From Candidatus Lustribacter sp. (GTDB lineage Bacteria > Vulcanimicrobiota > Vulcanimicrobiia > Vulcanimicrobiales > Vulcanimicrobiaceae): 64,000 nucleotides of DNA. A model generated the notes under the pieces. It ran no database searches. It had not been told where the DNA came from and saw only the letters and a list, made by a program, of their open reading frames with translations. Each line of letters begins with the position of its first letter. The stretch's first letter is position 1. Both the position numbers and the translations under genes were made by a program. Of the stretch, positions 45,834 to 54,625 are shown piece by piece. The DNA lies in assembly GCA_965277805.1 (NCBI GenBank), contig OZ255842.1:3712001-3776000 (forward strand), written 5' to 3'.

Positions 45834-46949
45834 ATGGGCGAAATTCTTGGTCTGGGCCTGAGCCACTATCCCGGGCCGGTCGCGCCGCCCAAACATTGGT
45901 CGCGCATGATTCAGCGCAACATGGAAGTCGGCCGCATCCCCAAGGATCTCTACGAAGACAAATCGCGCTGGCCCAAGGCGATGCTCGAGGAGATGAGCGA
46001 CGACAACGGTCTCGCCGCGGCCGAGGAACATCGCGACCGGCTGCTGGCCGGCTACGTCGTTTTGCGCGAAGCGCTGGATGCGTTCAAGCCCGACGTCGTG
46101 CTGATCTGGGGCGACGATCAATTCGAGAATTACAAGAAGACGTGCGTACCGGCTTTCGCGCTCGGCATTTTCGATGAGCTCGACGTGCGCCCGTTCGGCG
46201 GCGGTAAGCAAGTCTTTCAAACGACCGAGAACGTGTGGAACCTCGCGCCGGAGACGCCGCTGCACGTGCGCGGTCACCGCAAGGCGGCATCGCAACTCGC
46301 GCGGCACCTGATCGAAGATCAGTTCGATATCGCCTACTCGCTCGAGTTCGGCCACCCGGCCGGCCTCGCGCATTCGTTCAACAACACCGTGCTGTATCTC
46401 GATTACGAGGCGCACGGCGATCGCTTTCCCTACCCGATCATTCCGTGTCACGTGAACTGCTACGGCAGCGATCTGATGAAGACGGCCGCCGGCATGATCG
46501 GCGAGGGCGAGAACGTGCTCTCACCGCCGGCGCCGACGCCGCGCCGGTGCTTCGATCTGGGCGCGAGCGTGGCGCGGTTCTTTGCCGCGAGCCCGTGGCG
46601 CGTCGCACTGATCGGCTCGTCGAGCTGGTCGCACGGTTCGCTCACGAAAAAGCACGGCCGCTTGTATCCCGATCTCGACGCCGATCAACGCCGCCTGGCG
46701 GAATTGCAGAACGGCGAGTTCCGCAACTGGGGCAAACTCACCGAAGCGGAAATCGACGATACGGGTCAGCATGAGCTGCTGAACTGGATCTGCCTGGCCG
46801 GCGCGATGTCGGAGCTCAACCGTTCGGTCGAGATCGTCGACTTCGTGCCGAGCTACATCTTCAATTCATCGAAATGCTTCGCAGCATTCCCGCCGGCGGG
46901 TTTGAAAATCGGCTCCGTCGGAGCGTTGGCGGCGTCAGCGCCCGCCTGA
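45834..46949 (+). CDS. Class III (LigB-like) extradiol ring-cleavage dioxygenase
   Basis: GLSHYP, WGDDQFEN, LAHSF, GSSSWSH, GQHELLNW. Confidence 0.82.
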   Translation: MGEILGLGLSHYPGPVAPPKHWSRMIQRNMEVGRIPKDLYEDKSRWPKAMLEEMSDDNGLAAAEEHRDRLLAGYVVLREALDAFKPDVVLIWGDDQFENYKKTCVPAFALGIFDELDVRPFGGGKQVFQTTENVWNLAPETPLHVRGHRKAASQLARHLIEDQFDIAYSLEFGHPAGLAHSFNNTVLYLDYEAHGDRFPYPIIPCHVNCYGSDLMKTAAGMIGEGENVLSPPAPTPRRCFDLGASVARFFAASPWRVALIGSSSWSHGSLTKKHGRLYPDLDADQRRLAELQNGEFRNWGKLTEAEIDDTGQHELLNWICLAGAMSELNRSVEIVDFVPSYIFNSSKCFAAFPPAGLKIGSVGALAASAPA

Positions 46950-47525
46950 CGGGCAAATAACCACCGTGTCCGGTCCGGCGAACGGCGGCGGCAACGCGTC
47001 TTGCCGCAAGCCGTGTTCTGCGGCGCGGTCGTAGGCGGTCTGATCGGCGTTCACACGCACGGCGGCAGCATTGCCGTGTTGCTTTGCCACCTCGAGATAT
47101 GCGGAGGTGCTTGGCGCGCTAAACTGCGGTTCCGCGTTGATCGCGTCAAGCGTCGTCAGAAGCGTGCGCACGTGACCGATCTCATGCCAGAGCGTGGCGC
47201 GATAAATTTTGCGCAGGGACTCGGCACCGGCGGCCGACATGCGGTCCCAGGAGTACGCGGTCAGTTCGATGCGCGCGTCGAGCACGCGCACGACGAGTTG
47301 CCCGGTATAGCCCTCAGCGGACGCGAGCGATTGCGTCGACTGCCAGCCCGTCTCGAGGCGCGTCACGCCCGCACCGTCTTGGGTGGACTGCGCGCCGAGG
47401 TCCGCACACGAACTCACGGTTGCGTGCGACCAGACGATCGGCACGGTCAGGTTGCCGATCATCATCGCGCCCTCGACGCTGGGGTCGGCGCACATCGCAA
47501 ACGTCAGCATGGTGCAAAGGAGCAT
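46935..47525 (-). CDS. Secreted HExxH protein (DUF922-like putative Zn peptidase)
   Basis: TLWHEIGHV; YDRAAEHG..Q; hydrophobic N-terminus. Confidence 0.6.
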   Translation of the reverse strand: MLLCTMLTFAMCADPSVEGAMMIGNLTVPIVWSHATVSSCADLGAQSTQDGAGVTRLETGWQSTQSLASAEGYTGQLVVRVLDARIELTAYSWDRMSAAGAESLRKIYRATLWHEIGHVRTLLTTLDAINAEPQFSAPSTSAYLEVAKQHGNAAAVRVNADQTAYDRAAEHGLRQDALPPPFAGPDTVVICPSGGR

Positions 47526-47543
47526 AGCTGACCGGCCTCTTCG

Positions 47544-47837
47544 TCAGCGCGGGGCTTGCGTCCGGTGAAAGGCGTAGGCGGTAAGGTGTTCGGCCACGGT
47601 GGTGACGATGCGCGAAATGCTCATCGGGCTCAACGCGAAGATCTTGCTCCGGACGAGACGGTCGCCGCTCATCAACTCCACGAGCACGCCGGTTGATCCT
47701 GACGGACTGATCGCTACGGCTTCGCGCCCGCGCGTCCACTCGCAACTCTCGCCGCTGAGCTCGCGCACGCTGCCGTGCAGGCGCGGCTCTGCCTCGAGTT
47801 GCTCATCGACGAGCGCACGAAGTTCCGGAAACGTCAT
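47544..47837 (-). CDS. Hypothetical protein (97 aa)
   Basis: ATG start, protein-like composition, fills the gap. Confidence 0.55.
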   Translation of the reverse strand: MTFPELRALVDEQLEAEPRLHGSVRELSGESCEWTRGREAVAISPSGSTGVLVELMSGDRLVRSKIFALSPMSISRIVTTVAEHLTAYAFHRTQAPR

Positions 47838-47904
47838 GCCGTTTAGTTACGCAAGCAACGTGCGATAACCGTTTGCCGAACTTGTCGGGTGCTCAACCGT
47901 CGAC

Positions 47905-48204
47905 CTATCCGAAGCGGTAGCAGCCGGCAGGGTCGACGGAGAGCGTGCGTGAGCCGAACGCCACTTCGCGAACGCGATGGTCCCAGTAGGCAAGCGTGCG
48001 AACCACGACGGGAACGACGTTCGCAATGAACGCGCGAGCGCGTGACGAGATGGAGACGACGTCGCGCTGCCATTGCGGATGATCGGATGGGAGGTCGGGT
48101 AGACCGTTCGCTTCGGCGTCAATCGGCGGCAGCGCGGGGACGACCGCGAGCGGGTAGACGAGCGCGGGGTCGACCGGCACGAGCGAGGAGGAGGTTTCGT
48201 TCAC
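47905..48204 (-). CDS. Hypothetical protein coupled to the sigma factor gene
   Basis: GTG start overlaps the TGA of the upstream sigma gene (GTGA). Confidence 0.5.
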   Translation of the reverse strand: MNETSSSLVPVDPALVYPLAVVPALPPIDAEANGLPDLPSDHPQWQRDVVSISSRARAFIANVVPVVVRTLAYWDHRVREVAFGSRTLSVDPAGCYRFG

Positions 48205-48860
48205 GCGAGTGTGTGCCGCAGGCGGTGGATGGCGGCGATGTGCAGTTGCGAAACGCGTTGCGGTGAGACGCGCATCTTTTCGCTCAGTTCGCGCAGCGGC
48301 TCCTCGGCGAAGTAGTGCGCGACGAGCACGTCGCGCTGCCGTCGCGGCAGCGCTTTGATGGCGGTGTGGATGCGGTGACGTTCTGCCTTCGCAATCACGG
48401 CCTCGGCCGGGTCTTCGCCGCCGCATGGGGCGCCGCCCGAATCGGGCGGAAGCGGGGCGTCGAGTGAGAGCGGCGAGCCGCGGTGCGCGTCGGTTCGCGC
48501 GCGGCTGAGGAGCGGAAAGCGCGTTTCCAGCTCCGCCGAGGTGGGCAACGCGCCGTGTTCGACGGCGAGCGCGTACCGTTCGCGTTCGGCAACGCGAATC
48601 ACGCGCCGCACGCGTTCGCTGACGGGATCGAGGCGGCGCACGCCGTTGAGCATCGCGCCGAGCGCGACACGGCGCGCGTATTGCTCGAGCGACGTGCCGA
48701 GCGTCGGATCGAAACCGTCGACGGCGCGGATGATTCCGACGCAGCCGTCACCGATGAGATCGTCCAGATCCGCACCCGGCACCAGGCGTACGATCCGGCG
48801 CGCAATCCGGCGCACCAGCGGCACGAGCCGGCGAATCGCGTCCGCGCGATCTTCGCTCAC
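48201..48860 (-). CDS. FliA/WhiG-like sigma factor (sigma-28 type)
   Basis: LVPLVRRIARRI, DDLIGDGCVGIIRAVDGFDP, PLSLD, LRELSEKMRVSPQRVSQLH. Confidence 0.82.
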   Translation of the reverse strand: MSEDRADAIRRLVPLVRRIARRIVRLVPGADLDDLIGDGCVGIIRAVDGFDPTLGTSLEQYARRVALGAMLNGVRRLDPVSERVRRVIRVAERERYALAVEHGALPTSAELETRFPLLSRARTDAHRGSPLSLDAPLPPDSGGAPCGGEDPAEAVIAKAERHRIHTAIKALPRRQRDVLVAHYFAEEPLRELSEKMRVSPQRVSQLHIAAIHRLRHTLA

Positions 48861-49051
48861 GGCTTCGCCCGCACGAAAAGCGAATCGGCGATCGAATCAA
48901 TTGCGGTTTCGCCGACGGGACCGATGCCTTCGGCTAGGGGCTTGAGGATCTCGCGAAAGACGATCGCTTCGATCGCATCGGTCGCGAACGTCGACGGGTC
49001 TCGCTCGGTCGCGATGGCCGGCGGCTGGACCCCGGTAACCTGCGTTGCCAT
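48857..49051 (-). CDS. Small protein, possibly FlgJ rod-binding-domain-like
   Basis: DAIEAIVFREILKPL...DSIADSL loosely resembles the FlgJ N-terminal pattern; coupled to the sigma gene. Confidence 0.4.
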   Translation of the reverse strand: MATQVTGVQPPAIATERDPSTFATDAIEAIVFREILKPLAEGIGPVGETAIDSIADSLFVRAKP

Positions 49052-49099
49052 TCTGCCGCCATTACAGCAGGCGCAGATTGCCGGAAAGCGACGAGAAAG

Positions 49100-50278
49100 C
49101 TACCGGCGTGCTCTACGTTCGAGTGCCTCTTGCAGGCGGGTGAGTGCCTCGCGCAAGTTCGCGCTCGCGGTGGCATATGAGATGCGCAAGTGGCCTTGGC
49201 CGGCCGGTCCGAACGATGAACCGCCGAGCAGTGCGACGCCGGCCTCTTCCAGCAGCATACGGGCCAACGCCACATCGTCGGCCTCGATCGCTGCGATGTT
49301 GGGAAACGCGTAGAACGCTCCTCCGGGCAGTGCGCATTGCACGCCCGGCAACGCGTTGAGTCCGTCGACGATCAGATCGCGGCGGCGTTGCAGGCGTTCA
49401 CCCATTGCCACGACATCTTGCTCACCGCCCTTCAGAGCCGCAATTCCGGCAATTTGCGTGAAGGTCGCAACGCACTGATAGGTGTTGTTCGCGAGCAGCG
49501 TCAGTGCGCGGGCGACGGCCGGCGGCGCGATGCAGTAGCCGAGCCGCCAGCCCGTCATCGCATACGCTTTCGAGAAGCCGTCGATGACGATCGTGCGCTC
49601 TTGCATGCCGTCGATCTGCGCGATCGACGCGAACGCTCCGTAGACGTTGCGGCTGTAGATCTCATCGGAGACGATCGCGAGATCGTGACGCAGCGCGAGG
49701 TCCGCGACAACTTCGAGGTCTGCGCGCGTCATCACGCCGCCGGTCGGATTGTGCGGGCTGTTGAGCACGATGGCGCGCGTCCGCGGCGTGATCGCAGCGC
49801 GCAACTCGTCGAGATCGGGCCGCCAGTCGCGGGCTTCATCGAGCCGAAACGTGACGGCGCGCGCGCCGAGATACGCTGCCGCGGCGCGATACGCGGGATA
49901 GGCCGGATCGGCGAACACGACCTCATCGCCCGGATCGAGCAACACCGCGAACACGTTCCAGAGCAACGGCTTCGCGCCGGGTCCGACGATGACGTTTTCG
50001 GTCGCGTAAGTTTTGAGGCCGCGGAAACGCGCGGCGTCGAGCGCGATGGCTGCGCGCAGATCGGGCAGACCCGGCACCGGCGCGTAGTGCGTGAAGTGCT
50101 CGTCGAGCGCCGTCTTCGCAGCGGCCGTGATGTGGGCTGGTGTGTCGAAGTCGGGTTCGCCGATGTCGAGGCGCACGACGCTGCGGCCCTCGCGTTGAAG
50201 CTGCTGCGCGCGCATCATCAATTCGACCGTGTCTTCGTTGCGAAAGGCCGCAGCCGCGCGCGAGAGTCGCGCCTCCAC
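49100..50278 (-). CDS. PLP-dependent class I/II aminotransferase
   Basis: IGEPDF, NSPHNPTG, SDEIY, DGFSKAYAMTGWRLG, GAFYAF; GTG overlaps the kynA stop. Confidence 0.92.
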   Translation of the reverse strand: MEARLSRAAAAFRNEDTVELMMRAQQLQREGRSVVRLDIGEPDFDTPAHITAAAKTALDEHFTHYAPVPGLPDLRAAIALDAARFRGLKTYATENVIVGPGAKPLLWNVFAVLLDPGDEVVFADPAYPAYRAAAAYLGARAVTFRLDEARDWRPDLDELRAAITPRTRAIVLNSPHNPTGGVMTRADLEVVADLALRHDLAIVSDEIYSRNVYGAFASIAQIDGMQERTIVIDGFSKAYAMTGWRLGYCIAPPAVARALTLLANNTYQCVATFTQIAGIAALKGGEQDVVAMGERLQRRRDLIVDGLNALPGVQCALPGGAFYAFPNIAAIEADDVALARMLLEEAGVALLGGSSFGPAGQGHLRISYATASANLREALTRLQEALERRARR

Positions 50279-51058
50279 TACATCTCCGTGCGCAGGCTGA
50301 GGAGTTCGGGAAAGAAGCTCTTCTCGAGCCGCTTCGCCAGATACGCCGCGCCGGCCGTGCCGCCCGTGCCGCGGCGGAAGCCGATCACGCGCTCGACCGT
50401 CTTGAGGTGCGCGAAGCGCCACTTCTGGAAGCGGTACTCCACGTCGACGAGCTTTTCGGCCAGCTCGTAGAGATCCCAGTAGCGATCGATGTCATGGTAG
50501 ACCTGCAGCCAGACCGCTTCGACCTTCCGCACTCGGTACATACGGCAGCGTCCAATCGCGCGCCAGCGCTTCGGCCGGGATGGCGAACCCGCGCCGCGCG
50601 AGCAGCTGCAGCGTTTCATCATACAAGCTCGGTGCCCGCAGGGCAGCTTGCAAGTCCGCGTAGTGCGCGGGATCGTCGCGATGCATTTCGAGCATCGCTG
50701 CATCTTTGCCACCGAGCAGAAACTCGAGTAGCCGGTACTGATGCGACTGCAAGCCGGAACTCGTGCCGAGCGTTCCGCGAAAACGCAGGTAGTCGGCCGG
50801 CGTCATCGTGGCCAGCGTCTCCCACGACTCGGTCATGTGCGACTGAACGCGGCCGACGCGCGAGAGCATCTTGAACGCCGGCGAGAGATCGTCGTCGTGA
50901 ACGTGTTGCACGACGGCGCGGAGCTCGTGGATGCAGAGCTTCATCCAGAGTTCGGTCGTCTGGTGAATGATGACGAAGAGCAGCTCGTCGTGTTCGCCGG
51001 AGAGAGGCTCCTGACAAGCCAGTAGTTCGGGCAGCTGCAGGTACTCGCTGTAGTTCAT
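50278..51058 (-). pseudogene. kynA: Tryptophan 2,3-dioxygenase, frameshifted (one extra base near 50523-50528)
   Basis: N-part YSEYLQL, HDELLF..HQTTELW, SSGLQS; C-part in another frame WRFAHLKTVERVIG..GTGGT, FFPEL. Span 781 nt = 3n+1. Confidence 0.85.
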
Positions 51059-51076
51059 GCGTGCCCTGCTGGACCC

Positions 51077-51703
51077 TCAGATCGCGGCGAGCGTTTCCTT
51101 TGCGTCGCGCGAGGTAAGCGTGACGTTGTAGATCTTGCTGCCGGGTTGTTGTTTGCGGCCGCCTTGCGCGAGCGAGCCGGTATCGATCGCGTCGAAGCCG
51201 ATCTCGTCGATGAGTTTTGCGACCACGGATTTCGCGTGCGCGTCGTCGCCGGCGATGAAGATCGCGAGCCGGTCTTTTGAACCGTGCGGCTTGCCTTCGC
51301 TCGCAAGGCGTTTGTAGTTGAGCGTGTTGAAGGCTTTGACGAGCTGCGCGCCCGGCACGAGCGTCTTGATGATTTCGCTCGACGTGCGGTCGCCGAGATC
51401 TTCGAGTTCGAAGTCTTCGTCATACGGATTCATCGCGTCGATCACGATCTTATCGTCGTAGGGGCCGGCGTCGGGAATCGCATCTTCTTTTTTATGCCAC
51501 GGCACTGCGATAAGCACGACGTCGCCGAACGCGACGGCATCTTCGGGCGTGGCGGCGCGCACGGTCGCACCCATATCGGCCACCGCCACGGCCAGCGATT
51601 GCGGGCCGCGCGAGTTGGCGATGCGGACGTCGTGTCCGGCGGCTGCGAAGAGCTTTGCCGCGGTTGCACCGATATTTCCGGCGCCGAGGATGCCAATGTT
51701 CAA
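51077..51703 (-). CDS. NADPH-dependent F420 reductase-like (FNO family) oxidoreductase
   Basis: AGGAGG RBS plus TTG; IGILGAGNIG, NSRGP, IDAMNP, VKAFNT, AGDD. Confidence 0.88.
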   Translation of the reverse strand: MNIGILGAGNIGATAAKLFAAAGHDVRIANSRGPQSLAVAVADMGATVRAATPEDAVAFGDVVLIAVPWHKKEDAIPDAGPYDDKIVIDAMNPYDEDFELEDLGDRTSSEIIKTLVPGAQLVKAFNTLNYKRLASEGKPHGSKDRLAIFIAGDDAHAKSVVAKLIDEIGFDAIDTGSLAQGGRKQQPGSKIYNVTLTSRDAKETLAAI

Positions 51704-51816
51704 ACCAGACCGCCTCCTGAAAGAAGCCGTGTTCTGCATGCGGCCCCGGAAGTCCCAACCGCGGCGGCAATTCCTACGACATCGTCCGGAAATGCTCCCC
51801 AGGTACGCTGGGCGGC

Positions 51817-52404
51817 ATGGACGGTATGGACTGGATGGCGAGCGCCATGCGCGCCGCCCAAGCGCAACTCGAAACGGCCACGCACAATCTGGCCAACGTC
51901 GCAAGCGACGGTTACCGCCGGGTCCACGCCGCGGTCAGCCTGACCGCACGCGGCCTGGTCGCCCGCGAATCGGCCGATCCGGCCCAAGGCGGCATTCGCG
52001 AAACGGGCCGCACCCTCGACCTTGCCCTGCTCGGCCCGGGCACCTTTCGGGCCGGTGCCGGCGAGACACGGAACGGCGCCTTCATTCGGGACCGTGACGG
52101 CTACCTTGCCGACCAGCAAGGGCGGCGCGTGCAGGGGCTGGCGGGGCCGATCCGGCTGTCCGAAACGGCGGTCGTCGGGCCGGACGGGACAATTCGCGAC
52201 GACGGCCGGCTCGTCGGGGCGCTGCCGTTGCCGCGGGGCACCACGATCCGGAGCGGGGCGCTGGAGTCGAGCAGCGTCGATGCTATCGGGGAAACGTTGG
52301 GCGTGCTGACCGCCCAGCGGGCCTTCGAGACCGCGCAGAAGACACTGGTCGCGATCGACCAAACCCGCGACAAAGCCGTCAACGACGTGGGGCGCCTGAA
52401 GTGA
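51817..52404 (+). CDS. flgF: Short flagellar basal-body rod protein (FlgF-like)
   Basis: HNLANVASDGYR, TGRTLDLAL.G, TRNGAF, GALESSSVD, AQRAFE. Confidence 0.75.
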   Translation: MDGMDWMASAMRAAQAQLETATHNLANVASDGYRRVHAAVSLTARGLVARESADPAQGGIRETGRTLDLALLGPGTFRAGAGETRNGAFIRDRDGYLADQQGRRVQGLAGPIRLSETAVVGPDGTIRDDGRLVGALPLPRGTTIRSGALESSSVDAIGETLGVLTAQRAFETAQKTLVAIDQTRDKAVNDVGRLK

Positions 52405-53129
52405 ACCGCGCGATGTACGCTGCGGCGTCGGGGATGGCCGCGCAGCAAACGAATCTCGAAGTCATCGCGGACAACCTCGCCAACGCCGACGTGGCCGGGT
52501 TCAAGCAAGTCGTCGCGAGCTTCACCGACGTGAACGCCGGCGGCTCGCTCGGCCTCGGCACCGCGACCGCCGGCAAACATCCGCTGTTCGCGCAGGGCAA
52601 GCTGATGCATAGCGGCGGGCCGTTCGATGTCGCGATCGACGGTGAGGGGTTCTTCCGCGTCGAGCGCGCAGGCACGCTCGCCTACACGCGCAATGGCGAG
52701 TTTTCGCGCGCCGCCGACGGCACGCTGCGCAACGCCGACGGTTGGGCCTTACGCGACGTCCGCATTCCGGCCGACGCTACGGCGGTGCACGTTGCGACGA
52801 ACGGTCGCGTCACCATCGATTCGCCTACGGCAGCTGGGCGCACCATCGGGACGATTCGCCTCGCGACGTTCGCATCGCCGGAACAATTGTTGCCGCTTGG
52901 TGGGACCGTGTTCGCGGCTACTCACGACTCCGGTGCCGAACGGCGTATCGATGCGGGGCACGCAACGGGGCCGAACATTCAGTTTGGGATGCTCGAACGC
53001 TCCAACGTCTCAATCATTGAGTCGATGATGCAAATCCTGACCGCCCAACGCGCCTACGAAGCCAATGCCAAAGGCGTCCAAGCCGCCGACGAAATGCAAC
53101 GCATCGCCAACAACATCAACCGCGGCTAA
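52401..53129 (+). CDS. flgG: Flagellar basal-body rod protein FlgG
   Basis: AASGMAAQQ, NLANAD..GFK, DVAIDGEGFF, YTRNG, LERSNV, AQRAYEANAKGVQAADEM. Confidence 0.85.
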   Translation: MNRAMYAAASGMAAQQTNLEVIADNLANADVAGFKQVVASFTDVNAGGSLGLGTATAGKHPLFAQGKLMHSGGPFDVAIDGEGFFRVERAGTLAYTRNGEFSRAADGTLRNADGWALRDVRIPADATAVHVATNGRVTIDSPTAAGRTIGTIRLATFASPEQLLPLGGTVFAATHDSGAERRIDAGHATGPNIQFGMLERSNVSIIESMMQILTAQRAYEANAKGVQAADEMQRIANNINRG

Positions 53130-53133
53130 TGCG

Positions 53134-53541
53134 TTAGGCTTCCCAGAAGGCTTTCATATTGGAAGCCGGCGCGACGAATTCACGCATCTCTCGTACGAGA
53201 CCATCGGCGATCGTTAAGACCATGATGCTTTGCTCGTGCAGCGAGAACCCGTTGCGTTCGCCGCTGATATCCTGCAAGACGAAAACGCGGTCGTCCGCTG
53301 CGGCGATCGTCACCGGCTTTGCCTTGAACGTTCCTTTGGTTTCATTGAAGAGCGTCCCGAAATAGGCGAAAATTGCGTCGCGCCCGCGGTGCGTGCCGTC
53401 CCCTGTTTTTTGAGGCACCGCGTAGAAGACCGCATCGGCGTGATACAGCCCTTGCAGCGTCGCCATGTCTCCGTTTGCAAACGCGTCGTAGCCGCGCTTC
53501 ACGAGAGCGGCGTTGTCCTTTTCAACTTGTGCGTCAGTCAT
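53134..53541 (-). CDS. SnoaL/NTF2-like protein
   Basis: LVKRGYDAFANGD, HRGRDAI, DGLVREMREF, FW terminus. Confidence 0.85.
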   Translation of the reverse strand: MTDAQVEKDNAALVKRGYDAFANGDMATLQGLYHADAVFYAVPQKTGDGTHRGRDAIFAYFGTLFNETKGTFKAKPVTIAAADDRVFVLQDISGERNGFSLHEQSIMVLTIADGLVREMREFVAPASNMKAFWEA

Positions 53542-53553
53542 GGCCGGCCACCG

Positions 53554-54183
53554 TCAGAGGTCGAAGCGGGCTGCGCTCGCGTGGTTGGGCGGCAGCGGGA
53601 TGTCGTCGATGACGGATGCTTCGACGGTTACGTGCGTTACCGATGGGATCGTTGGGGTTGGCGGCGCCGGCGGAGCGACGGAGACGGCCGGCTCGGCGTG
53701 TGCGGGAGTTGGCGCGGAGGCCGCGTCGTAGGGCGCGCGGTCGATGAGGGCGAGATGCGAGAGCAGCAGGCTGCGGATCTCGCTTTTTGCTTTTTCGGCG
53801 ATGTCGAGCATGCGCTGATGTTCGCGCCGTGACTCCTCGACTTTGTCGCCGAGGCTCCCGATCTCGCGTTCGCTTTGCAGGCGCGCTTCTTGCTTGATGA
53901 GGTCGGCCTCTTTGTGGGCGGCCGCTTTGACCTCATCGGCGGTGCGCTGCGCGAGCAGCAAGGTCGACTGCAGCGATTCTTCCATCGCCTTGAAGTGCGA
54001 GATGCGTTCCTTGAGGTCGGCAATCTCGGCTTCGTAAGCCGCGCGGGCCGTCGCTTCATCTTCCAGCGACTCGATGATCTCGTCGAGGAACTTGTCGACG
54101 TCGGTGCGGTCGTAGCCCTGCAGCGCGCGCTTGAACGTGCGGTGCTGGATGTCGACGACCGTAATTCTCGAATTAGCGCTCAT
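53554..54183 (-). CDS. divIVA: DivIVA domain protein
   Basis: ITVVDIQHRTFKRALQGYDRTDVDKFLD; coiled coil; follows sepF. Confidence 0.9.
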   Translation of the reverse strand: MSANSRITVVDIQHRTFKRALQGYDRTDVDKFLDEIIESLEDEATARAAYEAEIADLKERISHFKAMEESLQSTLLLAQRTADEVKAAAHKEADLIKQEARLQSEREIGSLGDKVEESRREHQRMLDIAEKAKSEIRSLLLSHLALIDRAPYDAASAPTPAHAEPAVSVAPPAPPTPTIPSVTHVTVEASVIDDIPLPPNHASAARFDL

Positions 54184-54625
54184 TGCGTTGTGTATTCCCA
54201 AAGCGTGCCGAGAGATCGAGCATCCCGTCGTCATTCATCTGTTCGCGCAAATTGGCCGAGTTCACCGTGACCCCGGCCGGGACTACGAGGTAGATCGCTT
54301 CAGCGAGTTTTTGTATGCGTCCGTCGATGGTGTAGGCGACGCCCGAGGTGAAGTCGACGACGCGCTGCAGCAGCGAGCGGTCGGCCCCTTGCAAGTTGAC
54401 GATGGCCACTTGCCTCGCGCGTAAGGCGTCGGCGATCTCCGTGACGTCGCCGAAGCCGCGAGGAGCGAAGACGGCGACCGATGGCCCCACCCGGCGGCCG
54501 GCCTCCGTTAAGGGAACGACATTGCGTTTCGGAAGGGCTTGATCGGCGTCATAGCCCTCGATCTCGTCGATCTCGTCGTCGTGAATCGCAAACCAGGAAC
54601 CGATCTTGTTGAACATACCGTTCAT
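54173..54625 (-). CDS. sepF: Cell division protein SepF
   Basis: PRGFGD..IADAL, IVNL, RVVDFTSG..Y.IDG, YLVVP. Confidence 0.92.
   Translation of the reverse strand: MNGMFNKIGSWFAIHDDEIDEIEGYDADQALPKRNVVPLTEAGRRVGPSVAVFAPRGFGDVTEIADALRARQVAIVNLQGADRSLLQRVVDFTSGVAYTIDGRIQKLAEAIYLVVPAGVTVNSANLREQMNDDGMLDLSARFGNTQRNER

Noticed and set aside
246-46451. Long antisense or alternate-frame ORFs (e.g. 246..2105-, 7397..9286+, 16320..18194+, 34994..37336+, 44679..46451-)
   Set aside because: Arg/Ala-rich shadows of well-supported genes, expected in high-GC DNA; no recognisable motifs.
50515-50535. Programmed ribosomal frameshift in kynA
   Set aside because: No recognisable slippery sequence or stimulator; an indel is the simpler explanation.
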